From an uncultured Erysipelotrichaceae bacterium (lineage in GTDB: Bacteria; Bacillota_I; Bacilli_A; RFN20; CAG-826), in contig CACWSI010000005.1 in assembly GCA_902763555.1 (NCBI GenBank), forward strand, positions 1 through 50,892: a stretch of 50,892 bases of DNA. The letters are read 5' to 3'. The notes beneath the pieces were generated by a model. The model was not told the DNA's origin. It did no database searches and worked only from the letters and a program-made list of their open reading frames with translations. This document shows, piece by piece, positions 27,572 through 35,063 of the stretch. Both the position numbers and the translations under genes were made by a program. Numbering within the stretch: position 1 is the first letter of the stretch; each line of letters begins with the position of its first letter.

Positions 27572-29650
27572 ATGAAATTCAAGTGCTTAGCAGGTGTTTT
27601 AATTATGCTTTTCACCGCATCCTTATCACAGGGTAAGTCAGTAGACTATCTGAAAAAAAGCAACAATCTCAATCAGCATTTAGAAGATTTCGAAGAGATT
27701 AATCTTCAGGACAAAGTGTTTAGACACTATTATGGAGAACTAGATGACGAAATTAAGAACGAGTTATCGTTAGAAGATTTCGAAAATGCTTATCAAAATA
27801 GTGAATATCAAATCACTGAGTTTGTAGAAAAACTTAACAAAAAAGATCTGCACATTTCTGGTCCAAGTATTCGTAAAGCGGCAACTTTAAGTCAATATTG
27901 GTATCAGGAATATGAAGATCTGGACTTTATTATCTCAGATAATCATAACGGACACAACAATAATCCGAATTATACTCCGCTTCCAGTCTATGCTTCTTAT
28001 GAAAAAAATAGGTCTTTTGACTTAAGCAGTTCAAGAGATTTTACCTTTGATAGGGTACATAATCCAGAATTACCAGAATATGATGCTGGAATATCAGCAT
28101 ATTATAGCTATTTCCTTAGAGAAGGTGATATCGTTTGGGATTGCGCTTCATTTATTAGCCAAGACCCCACTAACCTAATTACTCATGCGGGTCTTATCGT
28201 TAATATGAATAAAGATGGTGTATATTGGGATGCGTCTAACAATCCAACTTATTTCCAATTTATTGAAACCATAGAGTCTGTCGCAAGTGGCGTAAGGTTT
28301 GGATATCTTGACGATAATAGAATATTGAGAAATGGAACCCGAGTCCTTCGCTCTACAGTTGCCACACCTGAACAGGTCGATACAGCTATTGACTTTATGT
28401 TCAGCCAACTGGGAAAAGATTACAATCTCGATATTTCCTATAGTGGTCCTGTTCCTGGTAGCACTAGAAATTCTTGGTATTGCACGCAATTAGTATTTTC
28501 TGCTTTCTATAGCGCTGGTGTGAACTTGTGTGAAAATTGGTATCATAATAACTATTACGGATATGGCGGAACTGTTTCTGGACCAGTTACAGGTAGTATG
28601 TTTTATCATTCTATGACTGTTGAAGAAATTGGATTCTACACAATGAATAAACCATTCCCAACATTAAGCGTTTCAAATAAGAGTGGATCGACATGGAAAA
28701 TTGATATCACCAATACCTTTGGCTATCCGATTTGTGTTAGCTATACACCATCAATGTATTTTTGGGGTGATATTATCAACGATTTCACAAATAAGACCTT
28801 AGCGGATATTTATTTAGCTTCATATGAAACAAGAACAGTTGATGTCACAGAAAATGGGCTTGCAACCTCAATTCTTGCATATGTTATTGTAGATGGTGAA
28901 GCATGTGTAACTATTGCAAACGAACTATCTAATAGTCCAAAAAGCTTGTTTGAAGTTAACTACGTTAAATCATTTTCAGGCGTTCATTACCAATTTGGCA
29001 GGGATAGTGAGAGCAATTATCAATTACAAATTAGTAATAGTTCAGGCTCTAGTATTTCATATAGAACATCCGGCAATATTCTAAGGAGCAACGGCGAAGT
29101 AGATAAATTCTGCTTTAAAGAAGATTTTACAAATTATTCTTTCACCGTCTATAATGGCGACACATATTTCCAAAAGGTGAATGCTAATTCTGAAAAATAT
29201 TTTGCAATAAGAAAAGCGAATACTGGTAGTGGACAAAATCAAGTAATCAATATGATTAAATTTGAAGTCAACAAAACCACAAACAAAGTCACAGTTACAG
29301 AGAAAACTAGTGATGTAAAAGCGATTTTCTTGAGATTAAGCATAATCAAAAAAAGTGGCACAAAGTGGACTATTCGAGTAAGAAATCTATATAACTCAGG
29401 ACAGTATTTTTATTACAACACGAAAATGTGCAATTATAATGATGCCAAGAATTGGACAGGATTATCAAATGTACCTAGCAATCCTATTTATATTTCTTCA
29501 AACGGATATAAAGACGTCGAAATAAGCGAAAACTGGTTTGCGACCTCAATCACGTTTAGAGTTGACTTAAATGGTAAAAAGTATATCAGTTATGCTGATG
29601 GCTTAAACGCAAGTACCAAGTCACTAAATTTTTATACAAACATTAAATAA
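27572..29650 (+). CDS. Secreted permuted papain-like NlpC/P60 (YiiX/YaeF/YycO-like) enzyme with C-terminal repeats
   Basis: SD AGGAGG and signal peptide; EGDIV, THAGL (His), QLGKDY and WYCTQLV (Cys) in permuted order. Confidence 0.78.
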   Translation: MKFKCLAGVLIMLFTASLSQGKSVDYLKKSNNLNQHLEDFEEINLQDKVFRHYYGELDDEIKNELSLEDFENAYQNSEYQITEFVEKLNKKDLHISGPSIRKAATLSQYWYQEYEDLDFIISDNHNGHNNNPNYTPLPVYASYEKNRSFDLSSSRDFTFDRVHNPELPEYDAGISAYYSYFLREGDIVWDCASFISQDPTNLITHAGLIVNMNKDGVYWDASNNPTYFQFIETIESVASGVRFGYLDDNRILRNGTRVLRSTVATPEQVDTAIDFMFSQLGKDYNLDISYSGPVPGSTRNSWYCTQLVFSAFYSAGVNLCENWYHNNYYGYGGTVSGPVTGSMFYHSMTVEEIGFYTMNKPFPTLSVSNKSGSTWKIDITNTFGYPICVSYTPSMYFWGDIINDFTNKTLADIYLASYETRTVDVTENGLATSILAYVIVDGEACVTIANELSNSPKSLFEVNYVKSFSGVHYQFGRDSESNYQLQISNSSGSSISYRTSGNILRSNGEVDKFCFKEDFTNYSFTVYNGDTYFQKVNANSEKYFAIRKANTGSGQNQVINMIKFEVNKTTNKVTVTEKTSDVKAIFLRLSIIKKSGTKWTIRVRNLYNSGQYFYYNTKMCNYNDAKNWTGLSNVPSNPIYISSNGYKDVEISENWFATSITFRVDLNGKKYISYADGLNASTKSLNFYTNIK

Positions 29651-29676
29651 TCAGTCAATAGACGTTTAAGATTCTG

Positions 29677-29710
29677 GTGGCATATTGGAAACGATATGCC
29701 ACTTTTATTT
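29677..29710 (+). terminator. Intrinsic terminator
   Basis: GTGGCATAT-TGGAAACG-ATATGCCAC followed by TTTTATTT. Confidence 0.8.
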
Positions 29711-29737
29711 GCAAACGAAAAAAAGTTTATATATCAT
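29709..29737 (+). promoter_or_regulatory. Sigma-A promoter of ssrA
   Basis: TTGCAA-17 nt-TATCAT, 10 nt upstream of the mature 5' end. Confidence 0.6.
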
Positions 29738-29747
29738 ATACGCACAT

Positions 29748-30141
29748 GGGGTCGTATTGGTTTCGACCAGGAATGGTTAGGCTCTAACTGCAGTCGAGTG
29801 ATGACGTTATCATCAAAACAAAAATAACTGACAACAGTTATATGAGAGCTCCAAGAGCTCAACAACTCTGCTTAGCTTAATTTAGCTCCCGACATAGGGT
29901 CCGACGCATGGCGCCGGGCAGAGCATCCCCCAAGGTTTTATCCTTTCACGCTTGGGTAGGATGTCATACCAAAAGGATAGGTGTCTAGAGTCGATAAGTT
30001 ACTAGCGCCGAAATTCCGTTTATCTCGCACGTCCTAGTGAGTCGATATACGAAAGCGTGTTAAATCTTAATATCGTCTAAACTGTAGACGTTATTGAAGA
30101 GCCTTCTTGGGACAGGAGTTCAATTCTCCTCGGCTCCACCA
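29748..30141 (+). ncRNA. ssrA: tmRNA; tag reading frame 29830-29880 encodes (A)DNSYMRAPRAQQLCLA
   Basis: 5' GGGGTCGTATTGGTTTCGAC; 3' T-arm AGGAGTTCAATTCTCCT plus CGGCTCCACCA. The acceptor stem has the G3.U wobble. ATAACT precedes the resume codon GAC. Confidence 0.96.
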
Positions 30142-30153
30142 AAATGAACAAAT

Positions 30154-30180
30154 AGTCATCGAAAGATGGCTTTTTATTTT
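30154..30180 (+). terminator. Terminator of ssrA
   Basis: AGTCATC-GAAA-GATGGCT followed by a T run. Confidence 0.8.
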
Positions 30181-30189
30181 TCAAATATG

Positions 30190-30233
30190 TGTAATGCAAA
30201 ATGCTTTACAATGTGTGTATAAGAATTTATAAT
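30190..30233 (+). promoter_or_regulatory. Antitoxin promoter with overlapping palindromic operator
   Basis: TTTACA(30205)-17-TATAAT(30228). TGTAATGCA-AAA-TGCTTTACA inverted repeat (30190-30210) covers the -35 box. Confidence 0.65.
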
Positions 30234-30252
30234 ATTACTGAGGAAAATATAA

Positions 30253-30516
30253 ATGGCTACGATAAACATTAGGGTAGATGATGGATTAAAGAAACAATCA
30301 GAAATGATCTTCGATGCGTTAGGGGTAAGCATGACGGCTGCCATGACTATATTTTTAAAAGCGGTTGTTAGAACCAAAAGCATACCTTTTTCCTTAGAAA
30401 TACCCAATGATGAAACACTTAAAGCATTTAAAGAAGTTGATGATATTTCTTCTGGGAAGGCAAAGGCTAAGAAGTATTCTAGCGCTGCTGAGCTCAAGAA
30501 AGATTTAAAGAAGTAA
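30253..30516 (+). CDS. RelB/DinJ-family antitoxin, no adjacent toxin
   Basis: INIRVD..LK......FDALG.SMTAA..IFLK..V....IPF.L..PN.ET...; a terminator follows immediately. Confidence 0.9.
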   Translation: MATINIRVDDGLKKQSEMIFDALGVSMTAAMTIFLKAVVRTKSIPFSLEIPNDETLKAFKEVDDISSGKAKAKKYSSAAELKKDLKK

Positions 30517-30521
30517 AACAA

Positions 30522-30556
30522 AACCAGGCATCACATCAGCCTGGCTTTGCTTTTTT
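30522..30556. terminator. Terminator between antitoxin and convergent small gene
   Basis: CCAGGC-ATCACATCA-GCCTGG with a T-rich tail. Confidence 0.65.
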
Positions 30557-30568
30557 ATGACTTAATAA

Positions 30569-30737
30569 TTACTTTGCAGCGACCTTCGCGCTTGTGAAGA
30601 CATTGATTTGATTGACCTCAACATTTTTAAGCTTGCTGATCTCAATTTTGAAATCGCCTTCAGGAAGAGCAAAATTACTAAGCACCTGCGATACTCAGCT
30701 TACGAATAAGGTGTGCCTTAAAAACAGACTTTTCCAT
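30569..30737 (-). pseudogene. Small (~55 aa) frameshifted ORF
   Basis: SD AAGGAG plus ATG 30737 gives MEKSVFKAHLIRK... with a stop after 19 codons. The +1 frame continues VSQVLSNFALPEGDFKIEISKLKNVEVNQINVFTSAKVAAK*. Confidence 0.45.
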
Positions 30738-30891
30738 ATAAGGACTCCTTTATGTTATTTTAAGCACTTATAATTCTACCACTCACGAGCGCGTATGTGC
30801 ATTCAAAAGTCTATTTACATTCGCACGTGTTTACATATTTTTGAAAATGGCACATGTATGTAGTTTTGATAATAAGAATATAAATTTTTTG

Positions 30892-30919
30892 TTGCGCATT
30901 TCTTTGATAGTGCTAAACT
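30892..30919 (+). promoter_or_regulatory. Promoter of leader/ABC operon
   Basis: TTGCGC-16 nt-TAAACT with extended -10 TG. Confidence 0.55.
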
Positions 30920-30936
30920 TATAGCCAAGTAAAATT

Positions 30937-30993
30937 ATGAAAAGAGCATTTTATTACTTTTATAGCTACTATTATCCAAGAGGTAATCAATAA
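30937..30993 (+). CDS. Tyr/Phe-rich attenuator leader peptide MKRAFYYFYSYYYPRGNQ
   Basis: 6 Tyr and 2 Phe in nine consecutive codons, upstream of alternative hairpins and an aromatic amino acid ABC transporter. Confidence 0.85.
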   Translation: MKRAFYYFYSYYYPRGNQ

Positions 30994-31104
30994 TCTTGGC
31001 CTTTTAGCTATTAAGGTGTTATTGATTACAAGGACTTAATCAATGGCACTGGTAATAAAGAAAATGAATTATTAATTGGTGCCAAACAGGACACCAATTT
31101 TTTA
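30983..31104 (+). promoter_or_regulatory. Transcription attenuator (alternative pairings 1:2, 2:3, 3:4 and 4:5 terminator)
   Basis: 30983-30994 pairs with 31018-31029; 31016-31028 with 31037-31049; 31044-31053 with 31075-31084. Terminator AATTGGTGCC-AAACA-GGACACCAATT plus TTTT at 31074-31103. Confidence 0.85.
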
Positions 31105-31127
31105 TTTCATTAAGGAGGACAAATAAA

Positions 31128-32108
31128 ATGAAAAAAGAAAAACTATTAACGCTCTTACCACTTATGCTTACACCATTTATGATGACAGGTTGTAACAATG
31201 ACAGCACTGATATTGGTATTCTCCAATTCGGTGAATTCGCAGCCTTAGACGATGCTAGAGAAGGCTTTATTCAAGGCCTTAAAGATGCAGGCTTCGGCGA
31301 TTTAAAATTTGATATTCAAAACGCTAAAGCAACTGCTGCCACAAACTCTACATTAGCCAAAGGTATGGCAAGTAAAAAGCACAAACTCAATTTAGCAATT
31401 GCTACTCCATGTGCGACAGCCTTAAAAGCCGCTCAAGAAAATATCGGTTCTACAACTCCATTATTATTCACTGCTGTGACAGATCCAGTTGGTGCTGGCT
31501 TATTAAAAGACAATAATGCTCCAGAAGGTTTCGTTACTGGTACAAGTGACCTTCAACCAGAAGAAGCATTAGGCAATCAAATTAAATTAACAAAGAAAAT
31601 GATTCCAGATGCCAAAAAGTTAGGTATCTTCTACTGCGCTAATGAACAAAATTCACGTGTGCAAGCTCAAATGGCTTCAGAAGTTGCTAAAGCTGAAGGC
31701 TTAGAAGTTGTTGAAAAGACATGTGTTGATCAATTCACCATCAAAACAAACATCGCTGAATTAGCCGCGGATGTGGATGCGATTTGGATTCCAACTGATA
31801 ACACAGTCGCTAGTAATATGGCAAAAGTCAAAGACGGCTTAGGACAAAATAAAACATTAGTCATCGTTGGTGAAGAAGGTATGCTTGATGGTGGTCAAGT
31901 GACTGTTTCTATCTCCTACTATGATTTAGGTGTTAAGACCGCTGAATTAGCAGCAAAGATCTTAAAAGGTACCGCTGTTAAAGATATCCCAGTCTTCTTC
32001 AACACTGCAGATACATGTTCTTACACATTCAGTAAAAAGAATTTAGAAGATGCTGGTTTCAAAACTGAAGACTTACCATCAGAATTCCCTTGGAAAGAAG
32101 CTAAATAA
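31128..32108 (+). CDS. ABC transporter substrate-binding lipoprotein (TrpX/ABC_sub_bind family, aromatic amino acid)
   Basis: Lipobox MMTGC; IGILQ...ALDDAREGF, AIATP, FTAVTDP, VTGTSD, EQNS, IPTDN, SYYDLG. Confidence 0.88.
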   Translation: MKKEKLLTLLPLMLTPFMMTGCNNDSTDIGILQFGEFAALDDAREGFIQGLKDAGFGDLKFDIQNAKATAATNSTLAKGMASKKHKLNLAIATPCATALKAAQENIGSTTPLLFTAVTDPVGAGLLKDNNAPEGFVTGTSDLQPEEALGNQIKLTKKMIPDAKKLGIFYCANEQNSRVQAQMASEVAKAEGLEVVEKTCVDQFTIKTNIAELAADVDAIWIPTDNTVASNMAKVKDGLGQNKTLVIVGEEGMLDGGQVTVSISYYDLGVKTAELAAKILKGTAVKDIPVFFNTADTCSYTFSKKNLEDAGFKTEDLPSEFPWKEAK

Positions 32109-32110
32109 AC

Positions 32111-33085
32111 ATGGATATTACTGAGCTAATACGTTTGACATTAAGCATGGGTCTTCCATGCTGTCTATTGGCCCTAGGTGTATTCTTAACATTCAGGATA
32201 CTCGATTTCGCTGATATGACCGCTGAAGGAAGTTTGTTAATCGGTGGGGCAGCTTGTGCCTTAATGATTACTAAAAACGTTCCTCCTCTTATTGCGACAT
32301 TTGTCGGTATGCTTGCCGGTGGTGTGTGCGGTTTTATCACTGGATTTCTAAATCGAGTGCTTAAAATACCTAAGCTATTAAGTGGTATTATCACCATGAC
32401 CGCTTCTGGTTCTATTGCCTTATTATTATTTGGCCTAGCCAATGGTAGAATCTTTGCTTCAGAGATTAACGGCATTGATAACTCTAAAACAATCTTTGGC
32501 TTCTTAAATCCAAAGATATTCCATGGTTGGCAACAAGTAATGGTAGTCGCGGTTATCGTCGCCATAGTCTTAGCGGTTGCCTATTTCTTCTTTGGTACTG
32601 AATATGGTATGGCCATACGTGCCACTGGTATCAATGAGAAAATGGCCAAATCACAAGGCATTAATACTACAGTTACCACAATTATATGTGTTTCCATTAG
32701 TAACGCTTTAATCGGCTTAGCAGGCGCTCTTATTGCCCAAATCGATAGTGGCATGAACGCACAAGGTGCGACTGGTTATCTTGTTGTCGGCTTAGCAAGT
32801 ATTCTTATCGGTGAAACATTATTTGGTAAAAGATCGTTTAAAAACGCTCTTATATCCATTAGTTTAGGTTCAATACTATACTTCGCTATCATCATGCTTG
32901 CTACCCAAGTATTCAAGATGCCAACAGACTTAACTAAATTACTATATGCTTTCTTAATCGCTTTAGCGCTTTGCCTTCCAATGATTAAGCAAGCAATCTT
33001 AAAACTTTGGGCACGAATTTCACCGCCTATAAAGAGATTCTTTAAAAAGTTATTTGTTAGAAAGAAAAAGAAGGAGGCTGAATAA
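32111..33085 (+). CDS. ABC transporter permease (TrpY-like)
   Basis: LGVFLTFRILDFADMTAEGS, LLSGI, TEYGMAIRATG, GLASILIGE. Confidence 0.9.
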   Translation: MDITELIRLTLSMGLPCCLLALGVFLTFRILDFADMTAEGSLLIGGAACALMITKNVPPLIATFVGMLAGGVCGFITGFLNRVLKIPKLLSGIITMTASGSIALLLFGLANGRIFASEINGIDNSKTIFGFLNPKIFHGWQQVMVVAVIVAIVLAVAYFFFGTEYGMAIRATGINEKMAKSQGINTTVTTIICVSISNALIGLAGALIAQIDSGMNAQGATGYLVVGLASILIGETLFGKRSFKNALISISLGSILYFAIIMLATQVFKMPTDLTKLLYAFLIALALCLPMIKQAILKLWARISPPIKRFFKKLFVRKKKKEAE

Positions 33086-33087
33086 CT

Positions 33088-34101
33088 ATGTTAGAACTAA
33101 AAAACGTCACTAAAACATTCAACCTCACTGGTAACAAAGAAGACTTAAGAGTGGCCTTGGACCACGTTAATTTACAAATCGAAAGTGGTGAATTTGTCAC
33201 CATTATCGGTAGCAATGGTTCTGGTAAAAGTACCACGATGAATATCCTCACCGGTGTTCTTAAACCAGATTTAGGGCAAGTCTTATTAAATAATGTTGAT
33301 ATCACTAAGATGGATGAACATGAACGTGCAGCCTATTTCGGTCACGTTTTCCAAGATCCAATGATGGGCACATGCGGCGAAATGTCCGTCATTGAAAACT
33401 TAGAAATCGCCTATCGTCGTGGTAGAAAGCATTCTCCATTCCTATGGGGCTTTAGAAAATCTCATAAAAAAGAATTCATTCGTGAATTAAAAAGATTTGA
33501 TTTAGGTTTAGAAGATAGACTTAATCAAAAAGTTGGTGTTATGAGTGGTGGTCAAAGACAAGCTTTAACTTTGTTAATGGCCACAATGCGTAATAAACCA
33601 ACACATAAGACAGTTAAGAAAGACTACATCACATTCTGTGAAAAAGACCATGAAGTCGCTAGAAAAGAATTTGAAAGTGTCTATAAACCAGCGCTCGCGG
33701 AATATAAAACTAATAAGTCCTCTATTAGAAAAGATAAATCCTTATCCTTTAAAGAAAAACGTGAAGCACTAGCAAAAGCCTATGATGAATTTGATAAAAA
33801 GATTCGTCAATTTGACTTAACAAAACAAATTCTTTTATTAGATGAACATACCGCTGCCCTTGATCCAAAGACAGCGAAAAAGGTTTTGGAATTAACAGAT
33901 AAAATCGTTAAAGAAAACCAAATGACAACATTAATGATTACCCACAACATGAAAGATGCTCTGACATATGGTAATAGATTAATTATGTTCCACACTGGTC
34001 ATATTATTTTTGACGTCAGAGGCGAAGAAAAAGCAAAACTCACCGTTGAAGATTTATTAAAAAAATTCGATGAAGCGGATCAAAAAGCGATAGAAATGTA
34101 A
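33088..34101 (+). CDS. ABC transporter ATPase (TrpZ-like) with internal insertion
   Basis: GSNGSGKST, FQDP, MSGGQRQ, LLLDEHTAALDP, ITH. Confidence 0.92.
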   Translation: MLELKNVTKTFNLTGNKEDLRVALDHVNLQIESGEFVTIIGSNGSGKSTTMNILTGVLKPDLGQVLLNNVDITKMDEHERAAYFGHVFQDPMMGTCGEMSVIENLEIAYRRGRKHSPFLWGFRKSHKKEFIRELKRFDLGLEDRLNQKVGVMSGGQRQALTLLMATMRNKPTHKTVKKDYITFCEKDHEVARKEFESVYKPALAEYKTNKSSIRKDKSLSFKEKREALAKAYDEFDKKIRQFDLTKQILLLDEHTAALDPKTAKKVLELTDKIVKENQMTTLMITHNMKDALTYGNRLIMFHTGHIIFDVRGEEKAKLTVEDLLKKFDEADQKAIEM

Positions 34102-34177
34102 TATAAACCACGTTACACGTGTATCATTTTTCTCGTAATGTAGACATTAAGAATTTTTTTGATACAATATAGGCGTT

Positions 34178-35032
34178 ATGAAAATTGCTATATCTGTCGA
34201 ATCTACTGTCGACCTCTCTAAAGAATTAATTAAACAATACAATCTTGAAATGATTCCATTCACTGTCTTATTAGGCGAAACAGCCTATAAAGATGGAGAT
34301 ATCACATCTCAAGACATCTTTGACTTCGTGGCCAAAGAAAAGATCTTACCAAGGACAAGCGCTATTAATGATTTCCAATATCGTGAACACTTCGATAATT
34401 TAAAGGCTAAAGGATATGACGCTATTATCCATATCTCATTAAGTTCTGAAATCTCATCATCATTCTCACATGGGGAATTAGTCGCTACTAAATACGATAA
34501 CGTTTACGTCATTGACTCAAGAAGCTTATCTACTGGTATTGCCTTACTTGCCATCTATGCTTGCAAGTTAAGAGATAAAGGCTATAAACCACAAGAAATT
34601 GTGGAGAAAGTTAAGGCCCGTATCCCTTATGTTCAAGCAAGTTTCGTTATTCAAACTCTTGAATACTTACATAAAGGTGGTAGATGCTCTGGCTTATTAC
34701 GCTTTGGCGCAACTATCTTAAGAATCAAACCACAAATCATTGTTAGTGATGGTAAAATGGCACCTGCTAAAAAGTACATTGGCCGTAAAACTCAAGTTAT
34801 CAATGGCTATTGTAAAGACACCTTAGAACAATTCGCTAATCCTGACTTATCAGTGGCGTTTGTGACTCATACACAAGCCACACCTGAAATGGTCGCTGTA
34901 GCGATTGACGCTCTTAAGGAACGTGGATTCAAAACAATCTATGAAACAACTGCTGGTGCAACAATCACTAGCCACTGTGGTCCACAAACACTAGGTATCC
35001 TCTTCATTAATGATGGAGGAACCGAAGACTAA
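34178..35032 (+). CDS. DegV/FakB family fatty-acid-binding protein
   Basis: ESTVDL, PRTSA, SLSSEISSS, IDSRSLSTG, LEYLHKGGR, SHCGP. Confidence 0.93.
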   Translation: MKIAISVESTVDLSKELIKQYNLEMIPFTVLLGETAYKDGDITSQDIFDFVAKEKILPRTSAINDFQYREHFDNLKAKGYDAIIHISLSSEISSSFSHGELVATKYDNVYVIDSRSLSTGIALLAIYACKLRDKGYKPQEIVEKVKARIPYVQASFVIQTLEYLHKGGRCSGLLRFGATILRIKPQIIVSDGKMAPAKKYIGRKTQVINGYCKDTLEQFANPDLSVAFVTHTQATPEMVAVAIDALKERGFKTIYETTAGATITSHCGPQTLGILFINDGGTED

Positions 35033-35063
35033 GAAAAAACTGGTTCAAACCAGTTTTTCTTTT
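35032..35063. terminator. Bidirectional terminator
   Basis: AAAAACTGGTT-CA-AACCAGTTTTT inverted repeat between convergent genes. Confidence 0.75.

Noticed and set aside
30110-30900. Integrative element or prophage at the ssrA 3' end
   Set aside because: No integrase and no duplicate of the tmRNA 3' end was found by eye in the window.
30920-31110. T-box riboswitch ahead of the ABC transporter
   Set aside because: No GGTGGNACC T-box sequence or stem I motifs were seen, and the leader is explained by a peptide-coupled attenuator.
33589-33828. Intein in the ABC ATPase or in DnaB (12167-12295)
   Set aside because: The insertions are too short and lack the N-terminal Cys/Ser and C-terminal His-Asn splice motifs.
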